DNA of 48,250 nt from Folioceros fuciformis (Eukaryota): the NCBI GenBank assembly GCA_049999805.1, contig JBNGIO010005900.1, forward strand, positions 62,001 to 110,250, written 5' to 3'. The position numbers and the translations under genes are program-made. The notes under the pieces are model-generated. The model saw only the letters and a list, made by a program, of their open reading frames with translations. It had not been told where the DNA came from and ran no database searches. Of this stretch, positions 34,754 to 48,163 are shown one piece after another (the first letter of the stretch is position 1; each line of letters begins with the position of its first letter).

Positions 34754-37580
34754 TCATATTGTATCCACGTCGCAAGAGGTTTTTGCTGATTTTTGTATGC
34801 ACAATTCATGTATTTTTGTGCCCAGTATCTTGAATCGAAGGTCTATGTAGGGATTATAAAATGATATGTTTGTGTTGTGTTTTGGACCCCGAATAATGGT
34901 ATTTTGGTTGTAAGATGGATTCTGACAATTGCGTTTGCAAGTGATTGAGCGAAGACAAAAAACGTGGCCAGCCTTTGCACAATCGGCAAGGATTGGCATT
35001 TCTACTTAATTGATTCACTAAAGGCAGCCTTCCCTACTGCTTGTTCAGTAAATGTAGGGCGCTTTGCCTTTGGAGGCAGTTTCCATGATAGACGATTTTC
35101 CCAAAACGGTTTCTTCCTCTTCAAGCTATTGTCGGACGCTTCCTTTATTGGCAAGAGGTATGGAATCTGCATTAGACTATTCTCCTTAGCTTCTGCAGCC
35201 ACACCCTCTAACTACTAGAACACACCTTGTATCAGTGCAACTGCACGGGCCTCAATGCTAGGTTTCCTCTGCACTAAACTTGATATCTTTTCTCAAACAG
35301 TTGCTAAGTTCATTTGACGAGGGACAGGAGCTCTCGTAATAACGTTGGTTCCAACATCCACAGCTTGTGACAAAGGACGATGCACAATTGTTAGCTCATT
35401 TCGAACACTACCACAAAGTTCAGCCTCCCTAGCAGATAATAGAGATACTTGTCTGTACGATTTCTATGAAGTAGCCATTGATGCATATATTATACCCACA
35501 AGGGTTTCTGTGGGCACTACTTCCTGCAAGAGCATCATGACCTTCACTTGAAGCTTACAAAGAAACCCTGTAGATGAAATCTTACATGTGTAGATGCCCC
35601 AAGGAGAGCCGGCATTAAACACATGATAAGCCTTGTTCTTCTTTGCATTCTCACTCCTCACGATAGCATATGGCTGCCTAGTACAAGGTAGGGAGGGATA
35701 CATCAGACTCTGGGATTTCCAATGCTTTTTTCAATGTACCTCGCACAACCAGTTCTTGCTTATTATTCCTAATGATGCCACTCCCCTTACATTGTCTTTA
35801 GTACCAAAAAATGTTTGTTCACTTCGCCCATCAGGATATGTAAAAGCCAGTCGAGTCGTCTGCTACGAAGATTCGTCTTTGTGAGAAGACAACGGTACTT
35901 AAGGTGACGATTATAAGCTTCGATTAAAGGGTTACAGTCTTGACCTGCGTGAGGTATAGTCCTTACTGCCTTTATCCACATGTCCATGACATCTCCCCAC
36001 TGTTGCTGAAAATAATGTACAAAACTGGCTTCCGAGGCACCATACACCTTTTAAAACTCTTGAAGCTTCATCTGGGCTGATGCTAGATCATTCCTTGAGT
36101 CCATGTTCATGTACATAACATTTCCCAAGGCCTTCATCGTGCTTGCCCTGTTACTTGCGGACTTGACTTTCTTCAAGAGCTGCCGCAACTACGCCTGCCG
36201 TACATGCTATAGATAGAGGAACACGAGATTTGTGCTGCCAAATACTTGTCGGATTGCTTTTATCTCTGTTGCATAGTTATCGACAAGGAAAGCCGTAGAA
36301 TGCCAATCTAATCGTAGTGACTGCAATTTCCTTTGTAAAGCCGTTAACCACATAGCCATGTGTTCTGCAGTAGATTGACTGGTCATTACCCAGGCCACCG
36401 GTATGCCATTGTGGTGATCATCGAACACCAGCAAAGTGAACAATTGAAACTGAAATAAAGAGAAAGTGAGTTAGGAAGCTAGCATCCCACAATCTTGTGT
36501 TTGAAATGCAAAGAATTTAACCTTCCACTTATTAGTGCCAAATGTGATATCCATTGAAATGATGAATTGATGCCCCATTAAAGCATGCATTCCTCTTGGA
36601 AGCTTGTTTGAAATCCTAAAGTAAAATGTGTGCCCTCCATCGAAGCACCATGCGGTGGGAAGAAAACAACATCCTTGTGGATGTCAATCCATAGCTTGAC
36701 ACTAACTTCATTTATGGTATAGAGTCTTCAAGTCCTTGCATCCAACTTAGCCTACAAGTTGCATATGTCCTTAGGTAAGAGAAAATCATCTCTATGTAAG
36801 ACAACATTAGGATGCCCTTGCATCCTAACAAAGACATCGTTCTCGTGATCACATAAAATCTGGTATGGAGTGGTTTTACACAAAAGTTTGTGCTTCACCT
36901 ATTGTCTCTTGCTTGTTGATAAAGAAGGAGCAAGAGCATGTGAGGGAGCTGCATATGCTACTATCAATCCATTGCAAAAGTCCAGAGGCATTCACATGAT
37001 GCCACTAATCAAAACGGATTTGAGCAATATCTTGAAACAACTCCAATTAAGTAATGACAACCACAAACTCACAACCTACTTTCCTGCTCTCCCCACAAGC
37101 CACCTTGCTCCTTCCACTTCCAAGTCCAGACTTTGGCCTGTTAGTCATGTCCACAAAGAGTGCATCACTTTGGAGACAGTCGTCAGATATGGAACCATAT
37201 GCACAACAATACCTTATGTATTGTTTTGGTGTGGTTGGTGACAGGACATANNNNNNNNNNCAACAATACCTTATGTATTGTTTTGGTGTGGTTGGTGACA
37301 GGACATAATACTTATGTGCCTCTGCCCTGGACCATGTGCAGCGTTTCACAAGCCTGGTTGGAAAAATTGGATTTTGCTCCTCACCTGTGCAGAAGTCGTC
37401 TGAAACCCTTTCCCATGGAATGTAAGCAGTCTTCACCTTCATTACAATTGTACGAACTACATGTATGGTGTCCAGCCATTCCAAGCCAGTTCTGTTGCCA
37501 TTCCAAGCCAGTTCTGTTGAAAATGCCTGCTGGATCTCATAAGCAAACCTTGCCATCTACAAACGTAGCATAACACATGA
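34754..37580 (-). mobile_element. Degenerate Mutator-like (MULE) transposase sequence (SWIM-family-like)
   Basis: Fragments IPWERVSDDFCTGEEQ, YIRYCCAYG...ESRKVGC, LFTLLVFDDHHNGIPVAWVMTS...FLVDNYATEIKAIRQVF and YFQQQW...MWIKAVRTIPHAGQDCNPLIEAYNRHLK. Broken by multiple stops and frameshifts; AT-rich flanks; TIRs not identified. Confidence 0.8.
37251..37260. other. Assembly gap (10 N) with duplicated flanks
   Basis: 37203-37250 is repeated identically at 37261-37308, indicating an unmerged contig overlap. Confidence 0.9.
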
Positions 37581-38327
37581 CGTCAAAATGCTTAACCGGC
37601 CCCGAGATTAGGCTAATTAAATGATGTCTGTTAACCAATCACAACTCTTGTGAATCAACCCGAGGAACTGAAAACTTACACTTTACTGATGAGATGAACT
37701 ACTAGCCCCCCACACCTAATCAATCCATCGCAGCACTTCCCGTACGCACACGCCTCCCGCACCTACAAGGACCATCATACCACTTCCCATAGCGTGATCA
37801 GCAACGCACATTGCTAGCTTGGTGTGACACACTCGACTAATTGAGCGGGGAAGGTCCGGAGGCTTTCATTAACACGTGTTTCGAAACCAAAACGTTTTGC
37901 CCGCCCGTTTTCGTTTTCCTGGAATAACTATGCCCTGGCACAACTTAGGGACGGAGTTTGGCAGAGCGGGCGTTTAAACGGGCGGGACAAGCTGTTGCCG
38001 TCCAACGGTAACGTGTGCGGGATGGTGTGGACATGCACAGTGGGTGCGAGTGGGCATGGCCCCATGACATACGGGATAAGGCAAGGCAAAACCATTTGCG
38101 CCGGCCTCGAGTTATGTGCCTCATTACTTCGTGTGTACCAATAGCTCCTGCGGACCTAGCAAGTCGGGCTAGCAGAAGAAAATAAACGAACCTGCCTAAT
38201 GCCTATCTACATACAGTATGTATGTACAATAATAAATATGATAAGACAACATACGGCTACTTCTTCCTCGCGAGGTGCGCGGTTTCGAAGTCTCCTCGTG
38301 TTGTATGGAGGACCGATGCGTGCAAGG

Positions 38328-40306
38328 ATGGAAGACCTCGAGCATTCGAAGCTGCTCGAATGGGCATGCTCTAGAGGCATCACCGATACCCCACTCGCCC
38401 CCTCCTCAAGCACGTGCTCGATGTGTGCATGCGGCGGCCTCGGCTTCTCTTTGCGGATTGCTTCCTTTCCTCTAGCTGGCGGGTAGGCTTGGCTCGCTAT
38501 TTGCCTAGCCCTTGTGGATTTTGAGCTGTGACGTGTCAACATCTGGTCTCATCATGTGATGTGCTTTATTCTGGAATGAGCAGGAGGGGACTTGCAGCTG
38601 TCCGAGCCCTCCAAGAGGGGGAGTTGATACTTAGGGTGCCGGATGCAGCTCTTATGAGCTTACGGAGTGCCAGAGGGGACACTGTCCTGGCTCAAGCCCT
38701 ATGCAAACACCCGAGGTTGTCATCTGTACAGGTCGGTTTTTGGCTTCCTTTGGTGTCTGCGCTGTTCACATGGGCTTGACTGCTGAAACTTGCGCAATTA
38801 TGGCAAACTCATCTCAAATTGTTGGGCGCGTTCATGCCCAGGCTGTTGCAGATTCTCACGGTCCACCTTCTGCGAGAGACCTCCAAGAAAGAGGAGTCGA
38901 AATGGTACTCTTACCTGCAGCATCTTCCTAGAGTTCATCATACCCTGGCACATTTTTCTGATGATGAAGCCGAGGCTTTGCAGGTGAGTTTCTGGTTCTC
39001 TCTTTTCACTCTTCTCTCAGAATTCTGCCCTATCCGCTGAAAGTTGATGTCCTCCCCAGGTGGAGGAGGCAGTTTGGGCGGCAAAGCAGGCTGCAATTCA
39101 AGCTCGACAATCATGGCTCGAAGCACAGGGTGTACTGAAGGACTTGAAATTGCAATCCAAGTTCCAGAGTCTGAAAGCCTGGCTTTGGGCTGCCGCTACC
39201 GTGAGTGAATTGTAGTTTTACATGTGATATGGAATGACAGTGCAGCGAATTTGTCTATTTCATGCAGTTTGGTTTGTTTGATGTGCTTAGATCTCGTCTC
39301 GCACACTACACGTACCCTGGGATGAGGCAGGCACACTCTGCCCTGTAGGCGACTTGTTCAATTACGCTCCTCCTGGTGCTAGAGTTCCGGGCAGGGCAAG
39401 TCAAGGGGACGGCAGTCTGATAACATGCTCAGGCTGTGAGTGCCAAAACCAAGCCGGAACGGACGTTTCCACTTGTAGCTGCATCGGGGATTATGAGTCT
39501 GGAGGCGAAGATGATGGCGGTGGTTTAGAACTGAAAGACAGACTCAGAGACGGGGGCTACGAGGATGGATGTCATGCTTTCTGCTTCTATGCACGGCAGC
39601 ATTACAAGAAAGGTGAACAGGTGAGTGATCAGCAACACTCGTCACCATTTCCTTTTTGTGTTCCTTCACCTCCTTATGTCATCGTTGGGGGTGCCAGGTC
39701 CTCCTGTGCTACGGTCAGTACGACAACATAGAGCTTCTGGAGCATTACGGCTTTCTGCTGCCAGACAACCCAAACAATAATGTTCACATTCCCTTGCCCT
39801 TGCCTTCAGAGTTTGGCACCGACAGGAACACATCCTGGCTTCCCACAGTGCAGCCTGGCGACCTCTACCTTGGAGTCGATGGAAGGCCTTCATTTTCGCT
39901 ACTTTCAGCTCTTCGCCTCCTTGCCGCCCCTCCCGTGTTGAGGAGAGCGCGCAGCCATTTGGCCATGTCAGGCATGCAGATATCTCCCCAGTCGGATCTC
40001 GCGGTTTACCAGTGGCTCAAGAAGAAATGTCAGGCACTCCTTGCGAACCTTCCGACAGACGTACAGCAAGACAAACAGTTTCTGCGTGTCATAAGCAACT
40101 CCGAGAGAGACGACCCGGTCGGTTCTTGTGTCTGCCCAGCTGAACAGGAGTTGAGTAAGCTACATCTATTACAACACAGAGGACGGACAGAAGTAGAGAG
40201 GTGGAAGCTCGCGGTCGTGTGGAGACTAGGGTATAAAGAAGTTTTGCTGGCTTGCGTGGCGCATTGTGGCAGAAAACTGTGTGTGTTGCAAAGGCAGCTT
40301 GCGTAG
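38328..40306 (+). CDS. SDG40: SET-domain protein lysine methyltransferase (SDG40/SETD4-like, Rubisco LSMT class), 6 exons
   Basis: FPLAGG|RGLAAVRALQEGELILRVP, SKWYSYLQHLP, AWLWAAAT|ISSRTLHVPWDEAGTLCPVGDLFNYAPPG, YKKGEQ|VLLCYGQYDNIELLEHYGF and RWKLAVVWRLGYK, joined by GT-AG introns. Alternative ATG at 38316. Confidence 0.9.
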
Positions 40307-40910
40307 GTCAGCAGCAACATGAACTGCAGTCCTACCTTGCCCTTTCTTCTTGTGTAGGCAGCATTCTGTGGAATCCTTCCACCCAGATGATGCTTGTAGG
40401 CCGGGCTTTCTGATCCACTCTTTTGTTAGGGTGCGCTGCATTGTAAGGGATGCACCTCGATGCATTCACTCGTTCAAGGTCACGCTTTCGTTGAAGGAGC
40501 TAACACGGTTACTCATCTGTCGCTCCTTTACCATCTCCTTGTGTTACTCTCCGGACTCCAAAACCACGATGGAGTCCTCCCCATCGTTATCGGTGCCATA
40601 TTTCGCAGTGCCTATGATACTCCGTCCTCCTGCTTACTCCTTGATGAGTACAGTTCCTAACTATGGCGTGCGACGAGGACGCAAAATCTGTCTCCTCTGC
40701 CGCGACCAGCACGTCGAAAACCAACTCTGCCCTGTCGAGTCTCTGTCGCAGACTGTTAGAACTCTTGACAACTTTCTGATCTCGCCTCGAGGAAAATCAG
40801 TACATATGCAAAATCAAGATCTACACACCAAAACGGTTTTGTCTACCAATCTCCTCTACATCAGGAAGCAACATGAAGGAGACGAGGAAAGTAAAGGGAG
40901 CTCAGCGAAT

Positions 40911-41486
40911 TCAGCCTGACGATGCAGGCTGCGCCGCGACCGAGAACCTACGGAAGAGATGATCAATTTTCAACTCATTGATTTTGGCAGCCAGGATGAA
41001 GTCGTTCTCGGTCAAACCTCCCACAGCATGCGTGCTGATATTTATGCTCACGTTGTTCCACCCAACAAGGTGGAGGTCAGGGTGATGCCCTTGCTCCTCC
41101 GCAACCTCAGCCACATGCTTAAACAGCTCCAGGCCTTTAAGAAAGGATTTCGACTTCCAGGCCCGGTGCAAGCAGAGCGCCCTGTCTTTAGGATCCTCCA
41201 CGAGCTGCCACCCGGGCACCTGCGGCAGCAGCAACTCCGCCGCCTCCCGCCTCATCGGCCGCACAGTTTTGGCCTCGCATGGCACGCACTTCTTCTTGCT
41301 CAGCGGAGGCAGCATCTGCTCCTCGGGCTGGTTTGAGCTGCTCCTAGCCTGCATCTTCGTTACCGGCGCCTGCAAATTCCACCTCGTCCTAGCCAGCCGC
41401 AGCTGCACGCTCAAGCCATTGAGATGCGCCCCATGCACCGAGGCCACGCACGGTGTGCAACGTGCCAGCGAGCCCCCGATCATCAT
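40911..41486 (-). CDS. PCD: Pterin-4-alpha-carbinolamine dehydratase with organellar targeting peptide, intronless
   Basis: LSKKKCVPCE and intact catalytic motif EQGHHPDLHLVGWNNV...THAVGGLTENDFILAAKIN. Confidence 0.93.
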   Translation of the reverse strand: MMIGGSLARCTPCVASVHGAHLNGLSVQLRLARTRWNLQAPVTKMQARSSSNQPEEQMLPPLSKKKCVPCEAKTVRPMRREAAELLLPQVPGWQLVEDPKDRALCLHRAWKSKSFLKGLELFKHVAEVAEEQGHHPDLHLVGWNNVSINISTHAVGGLTENDFILAAKINELKIDHLFRRFSVAAQPASSG

Positions 41487-42263
41487 CCCGCTCAAACGCA
41501 ACTGCTCAAATCGCTCGATCACTCACCCTGCCAAGTGTGGAACTGATCTGGCTAAGCTGCCGTGTCAGCCTTATATGTACTGTCCCTGCCGACACCATAC
41601 CCGCCCTCGGGCTCCGAATAAGTTTGAGTAGAAGTAGAGCGAGATATGTATATTCGAAGTAACAGCAGGTTCGGTAGCGTTCTTTACGTCACTGCACAGC
41701 ACATCCGATTCAAGGATTATGATTTTGTTGTTGTGGATTTATGTTTACAAAATATTACATAAAATTCATTTTATACGTACATAAATTTTTATTTTGGAAG
41801 GACCAACTTGGACTGACCAGCTCCTTGAGTTCAAAGCTGATTTGAATCTTTAAAAACTTGGTAAAAAATCCTAGCTTTGGACCCACACTATGAGACTATG
41901 ATATAGAATTTAATTGCATGGATTTGCTCTTAACAAGCAACATTTGACTCAACATCTTTGTGGAGGAAGACATAGCCACCTAGAAAGAAGCCCACAATTT
42001 CTTGTATGTTTGTGTAATATGGATTGTGCTAGAGTGGAAGTAGTGGAATTTGTGTCCACTAAGCCAAAAGAACACACATTTATAAGAGCCCCATGAATAA
42101 GCAATGTAAGAACAATTGTGATTAAGCATCTGTATGATTACATAGAACACACACAAAAAAACTATTATTATTAATGAAGCTGTTGATTACATAGACACAC
42201 CTCAAGGTTTAAGAATGCGCTCTTCAGTTTAGGTGTGACGGTTGGAGCAAAACTCTAACTAGG

Positions 42264-42552
42264 ATTAAAATTAGGTTAGAACTAACTCTAACTCATTATC
42301 TGGCTCTTGAATAGCACAAAACTTTTATTTATTTTAGAAAAACAAGATGGAAAAACCAGATTAAAATTAGGTTAGAACTAACTCTAACTCATAATCTGGC
42401 TCTTGAATAGCACAAAACTTTTATTTATTTTAGAAAAACAAGATGGAAAAACCATCTACACAATTAGGTTAGAACTAACTCTAACTCATAATCTGGCTCT
42501 TGGATAGCACAAAACTTTTATTTATTTTAGAAAAACAAGATGGAAAAACCAT
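42264..42552. repeat. About 96-100 bp AT-rich tandem repeat, 3 copies
   Basis: AATTAGGTTAGAACTAACTCTAACTCA.AATCTGGCTCTTG.ATAGCACAAAACTTTTATTTATTTTAGAAAAACAAGATGGAAAAACCA recurs near 42269, 42365 and 42462. Confidence 0.93.
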
Positions 42553-42948
42553 CTATACCTATAGAAGGAGATAAACCATGATAGAGGGACACAAGGAGCT
42601 AACCCCCTTCAAGTCTAATGACTACCAAGTACCTAAGTACCTATCTAATTGGATAGGTCCTTAGATACGGTGACTTAAGCGAAGGTTGCCCTTGGTGTAA
42701 GTAGCTAGGTTCACCATGGTACAGTTATAAGGTACCAAGTCCCATGACATAAATTCATCTTTACTAGACTATAATAGACTTTTCTTCTACAAGAGCATGG
42801 CTTTGCTTGAATATAAATGTGAGCTTCTACAAGTTGCTTTCCATGGAGCTCACAAAATCCAGGCACAACTGACAACAACTTGTAAAGCCTATTGCATATT
42901 TTAGCTTTCCATGGGCATTTGATATTAGTAAGTTTTTTGTGACATCAA

Positions 42949-45900
42949 TGTTGGAAGTGTTTAGAGTAGCAACTCATATTAATTAGGACTTATTAAGGAG
43001 GCGGTTAATAACCGTTTCATCAAACTTCATATGCGCCAAGTTGCGCGAACTCCAATAACCGTTTTTATTGTTCTTGCCTCAAGTTTTGCTCACGCACGAT
43101 CGTTGCTCCCTTGCTCAAGTGTGCTATGATCGATCCTACCTAGCAATCGCGATATGGTATCAGAGCAGGTGGAGATGGCGCACTTGGGCGCGCTAATTGC
43201 TCGACCTGGCGGCCGCTAATCCACGCGGAGCACGCACTTGAGAGCGGCCAGAATTCGTGTATGCAGGCAGCGTGGCTGAGATGGATTGCTGGATGCAGCG
43301 CAGCGGCATGTGGCAGAGGCACAGGTGGGCGGCGACCTGGTTGCGCACTTGCGTGAGGGGCTGCCAGGCCTGGCGGAGGGTAACCAGGTGCTGGCGGCAT
43401 TGCTGGGTTGTTGTAGCCAGTAGTGTGCAGCAGTAGGCAGCCCGGCGTGAGGTAGCGAAGGCGACAATGCGGCCAGACGTGGAGCACACAATCTGGTGCT
43501 TTTATCGGTGCACAAGAGTGCAAGGCTTGTGCTCCGTCGATCCTAAGAACCTGTGCACAATTTGCTGGAGTCAAGTGGGTGCTGGAAGCTCTGGAGATTG
43601 GTGGTTTCTTGAGAGGATTGGACAGTCCAGGATGGGGAGAGCAGCGATACCGCTACTGGTGATGCTGACGTGCATCAGGTGACCATGGAGCAATCTCAGC
43701 ATTGGTGGTTTGCTAATCGGCGTTAAGAGAGGAGGCCAGCACGCTTCAATCCTTGCAAATCCAGGAGAAGAGGGCGCTACCAGCCCTGTGACCCCTTGGT
43801 GTACAGTTGATGCACCTGCTGCGAGTGCAACTCATGATACCTCATCTTAAATCCTGGAGGACGGCTCAGATGAAGGCTTCGATCAGGCACTGGAGTACCA
43901 AGTTCTAGCGAGCATTAGGGGCTTGTTCCAAGAGGGTGCTGAACTGTCAGAAATGGACGAGGAAGCCGACTGTGAGCGTGCAAGGAAGGAACAAGAGAGG
44001 TTAGAAAAACTGAGAGCGGATAGAGAAGAGGAAAGAAGAGAAAGGGTGGAGAAGGAACGTGAGGAAAGACTTAACCATGAGAGACTCCCATCTGTGAAGG
44101 TTGATTTCAAGGAAAAGGACCGCCTTATCAGCGGAGCCAACTACGATGTGTGGGTGATGCGCATGTGTGGTTTCTTGAGGGAAGCTGGCTTGTGGGGACA
44201 TGTCACAGGAGAAACTCCAAGGCCGGAAGATGACATCCTTAGTTTTCGAAGCACTTCACCTGGACAGCAGCACTGGGATCAGCTAGATGAGAGAGCACAA
44301 GGCATTATTCGCATTGGCTTGAGTGAGCAAATGGCTATGAGTGTGATTGATGCCCAAACAGCTAAGGAAATGTGGGATCACTTGGCCATGGTCTATCATG
44401 CCAAGGATATGATGACGAGGATGGCTGCTCAAACCAAATTTCATTCACTCAAAATGCAGGAAGGAGAACCGATTGACCAGTTTGTCACGCAGTTTCGGAG
44501 TGCAAGACTCAAGCTGGAGCAGACTGGTGCACGAGTGAATGAGCAGGATGCCTATGTAAGAATTCTGTCAACCTTACCCCCGAGCTATTCACACTTTGTG
44601 TGTAGCCAGAATGTGGTGTTGCGGATGGCCAGGCAGCTGGCCTTGGTAGCAAACATCGATGAAGACCAGGTGCCCGCACTGGAGTTCAACGAATTGGTTG
44701 GAGCTCTGTTGCAAGAGGAGATGACGAGGCAGTCATCCAAGACACCTAGCAGCCAAGCTCTCTTCACTGCAAGGCCCAAGGGCCTTAGGAGACCTGGACA
44801 GCCACAAGGCAACAAGCAGGTTGGCAAGGGCAAGTGGTCGAACCCGAGTGGACCTGGAGAGTCATCGGGAAATAAGAAGAGAGTAGGGAACTGCAATTGG
44901 TGTGGCCTTCCCAACCACTGGAAGAGGGACTGTAGGAAGAAGAAAAACAATGAGCCAAGGCGTGTTCCGTTACCTGAGGCACATGTGGCTGCCAAGAAGG
45001 AGAGGACATTGCCGTCGCTGCTCATGGTTTGTTCACCTCCGAGTCTGACCTCTACTGTGGAAGGAGCTGAATGCAGCGCTGATGAGAAGCCGACCAAGAG
45101 GTTCCGTCATACACATCAAGCACTAACTGTGTGCCTTAATGCAACCAGCTCTTGCGAGGGAAGCTGGTATGTGGACTCTGTGGCAACTGCCCATATTTGT
45201 TGTGATAGATCTGTCTTTGTGAGCTATGTTAAGAATAGTACCCCACAAATAGTGCTATTAGGTGACAATAGTCAGCTAGAAATACATGGAGTAGGAGATG
45301 TTAACCTACGTTTAAGAAGTGGTTCCATTCTCACACTTAGAAATGTACTTCATGTTCCAAGTATAACACAGAATTTGCTTTCAGTTCATCAGCTCACATC
45401 AGATAATCATAATGAGGTTATTTTTAAGAAGTCCATGTGCCTAATCAAACAGTCAGGGAAAACAATTGCCGTAGGTAGTTTAGCCCATGACCTGTTCTCA
45501 TTAGATGCACATAGTATACCAGCACCTTCAGCACAATTAGCGGGTGTCAGTCCATCTATTTCTGATGTCGGGGTGACTCATATCTGGCACATGAGATTGG
45601 GGCACCCGAACCCCACTAAGTTGAGTGCAATGGAGAATTCGAATGTGTATTTTGATGGTGTACCAAAGAACTTCGGAAATGCTTTTACATGGTGCTTAGC
45701 AAAAGTACATGCTTCACAAGAGCAACTGGATTGTTGCAACTGGTTCATGCAGACTTGTGTGGCCCATTGTCAAAGGAGTCATTTGGGGGAGGCCGGTATT
45801 TCTTAACATTTATAGATGATTACAACAGATTTGTGCACATCTATATTTTGAAGCATAAGAACAAAGCTTTTGGGTGCTTCAAACATTACCTGGCCTTGGC

Positions 45901-48163
45901 AGAGCGGCAGCTAGGTGTGAAAATTCTCTACCTACGAACTAACAACGGAGGAGAATTTGACTCAAATTCATTCAATGACTACTGCAGCAACCTTGGCATT
46001 GCACGCCAATTCACTGTGCCTTACAGCTCCTCGCAAAATGGCGTTGCGGAGGGGTGGCATCTGACTGGTCAAGACACCACAAAGGCGTTATTGAAGCAGG
46101 CGAATCTACCCCTAACCTATTGGGGAGAGGCAGTTACAACAGCAGCTTACCTTCACAATAGGCTGCCGACCAGTATACTGCAGGGTCGAACCCCCTATGA
46201 ATTGTGGTGCGGGAGCAAACCAACAGTGCACAATCTGAGGGCTTTTGGCTCTCCAGCCTACGCCCATGTTCCCAAGCAGAAGAGGGAGCATGCAAAACTG
46301 TCGGACAGAGCTGTGAAGCGGGTGTTCATCAAGTATACAGATGGAATAAAGGCATATAAGCTGTTTGATCCTGCAACAATGTAGGTTGAGTATGCTCGTA
46401 GTGTGATTTTCAATGATGCTACCTTGTTGGAGCACAAGCACACTGCTGCTGCTGGTGGAGGTGAGCCCTCACATTCCATGCCTGAAGCTGCCCCTACACA
46501 AGAAGAAGATGTAGTTAGCACGTTCGAATTTGGGCATGGTAGACTGGATATGGCATTGGACAATCTGGAGGAAGTCTAACCAGCAGTATTTGACCAATCT
46601 GAGCACAGTGTATCTCATGACGAAGAGGACACCTTCAATATATCTGGCGAAGATTCAGTGGGGGAGGTGCTTCAGGACTCATATTTGATTTCTACAAGGG
46701 ACGAAGTTTTTGAGGAGGCTCCAGAAGCTCCAGCGGCACCTGAAGTTCCACCAGCACGAGCATCGACTAGGACTCGTATAGCACCTGCATTCTACCAGTC
46801 TGAATAGTGGACCAGTAGACACAACCGTACTAATTTTTCCACAGGAGAGGTAGACAGTTCACATCCAGTGGGGGCTTTTCTGCAAGAGAGGACAAGCACA
46901 TGAGTGATGAGGAAGAAGCACCCATGTTTTCATCCCTCCTGGCTACCATATAGCAAGGTCACCCGGATAATGAACTCACAGTTGCTTAGGTGTTGGCAGT
47001 CGCTGCAGCCAACGTGAATCCAACTGATCCAGCAACCATGAAAGAGGCGTACAGTGGCCCAGATGCTAAGGGCTAGAGGAAGGCAGTCGAGGATGAGTTT
47101 GCATCCTTGATAAAAAATGGAACTTGGACCTTGCAGGAGCTGCCACATAACAGGAGAGCAATCAGCAATAAGTGGGTTTTCAAAACTAAATTTAATGCTG
47201 ATGGATCCGTAGAAAGGTTGAAGGCAAGATTGGTGGTGAGAGGATTCTCACAACGTGCAGGAGAAGATTATTTCGAAACATTTGCACCTATTGTGAAGTT
47301 TCCGACCCCTAGACTTGTCTTGGCCGTGGCTGCACATGAAGATCTTGATCTTGAACAGATGTACATTCACACAGCTTTTCTGAATGGAACCTTGGATGAG
47401 GAAATCTACGTGCAGCAGCCAGAAGGGTATGTTAAAAAGGGAAGCGAACACCTGGTGTGCAAGTTGAACAAAACACTCTATGGGCTCAAGCAGAGCCCAC
47501 GAGCGTGGCACAACAGGCTGGATGCTTTCTTGTTGAAGTGTGGTTTCACCAAGGCCACAGCTGATTGCAACTTGTATGTGCTAAAAAGGAAGGGAATGTA
47601 CCTGCTGTTGTTGGTGTATGTAGATGATTTGATACTAGTAGCAACACCAGGTCCGGCTAGTTTGCTAATCACAGTAAAAAATCTGCTGAAGGCGGAGTTT
47701 GAAATGACGGACATAGGTCCCCTCAAGTGGTGCTTGGGAGTCGAGGTGATCAGGGATAGATCCAAGAGGTCGATCAAACTGTCGCAAAAGAAGTACATAA
47801 ATGATATGCTTAGCAGGTTTAATATGATGGAGGCCCATGGCAGCAATACTCCTTTGTCTACAGGTGTGAAGTTGTCAAAAGAGCAAGCAGCGGCCTCAAC
47901 AACAAAAATTCAGGAAATGCAAAAGGTGCCTTACAAAGAAGCAGTAGGTACGCTAATATACCTGACGTGCTTGACAAGGGTGGATATTGCGTTTCCTGTG
48001 CATCTTGTTTCTCAATTCCTAGCAAGCCATGGCAAAGATCATTGGACTCAGGTCAAGCGGATTATGAGATACCTGAAGCATACAGCAGACTATTGCATCA
48101 TTTACCAGGGTGTGGACAGCAGAGTGCTTGAGCTTGTAGGATTTTGTGATAGTGACTGGGCAG
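42949..48163 (+). mobile_element. Degenerate Ty1/copia LTR retrotransposon (gag-PR-INT-RT, interrupted at the start of RNase H)
   Basis: Candidate 5' LTR TGTTGG...GATA at 42949-43154 and PBS at 43155. Gag with zinc knuckle CNWCGLPNHWKRDC, protease WYVDSVAT, WHMRLGH, integrase LVHADLCGP/FIDDY/NGVAE, RT KARLVVRGFSQ, LYGLKQSPRAW, YVDD and GFCDSDWA. Frameshift near 45690 and in-frame stops (e.g. 46382). Confidence 0.95.
43155..43166 (+). promoter_or_regulatory. Primer-binding site complementary to initiator tRNA-Met
   Basis: TGGTATCAGAGC, the canonical plant LTR-element PBS, upstream of gag. Confidence 0.9.

Noticed and set aside
37203-37308. Apparent 48-bp tandem duplication in the transposase
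   Set aside because: The copies flank a 10-N gap and are identical, so most likely an assembly overlap artefact.
40911-41486. Rubisco accumulation factor RAF2 call, and a Rubisco module together with SDG40
   Set aside because: The protein retains the catalytic HHP motif and CVPC of true PCD and lacks the RAF2-type N-terminal block; adjacency alone is no evidence of a functional cluster.
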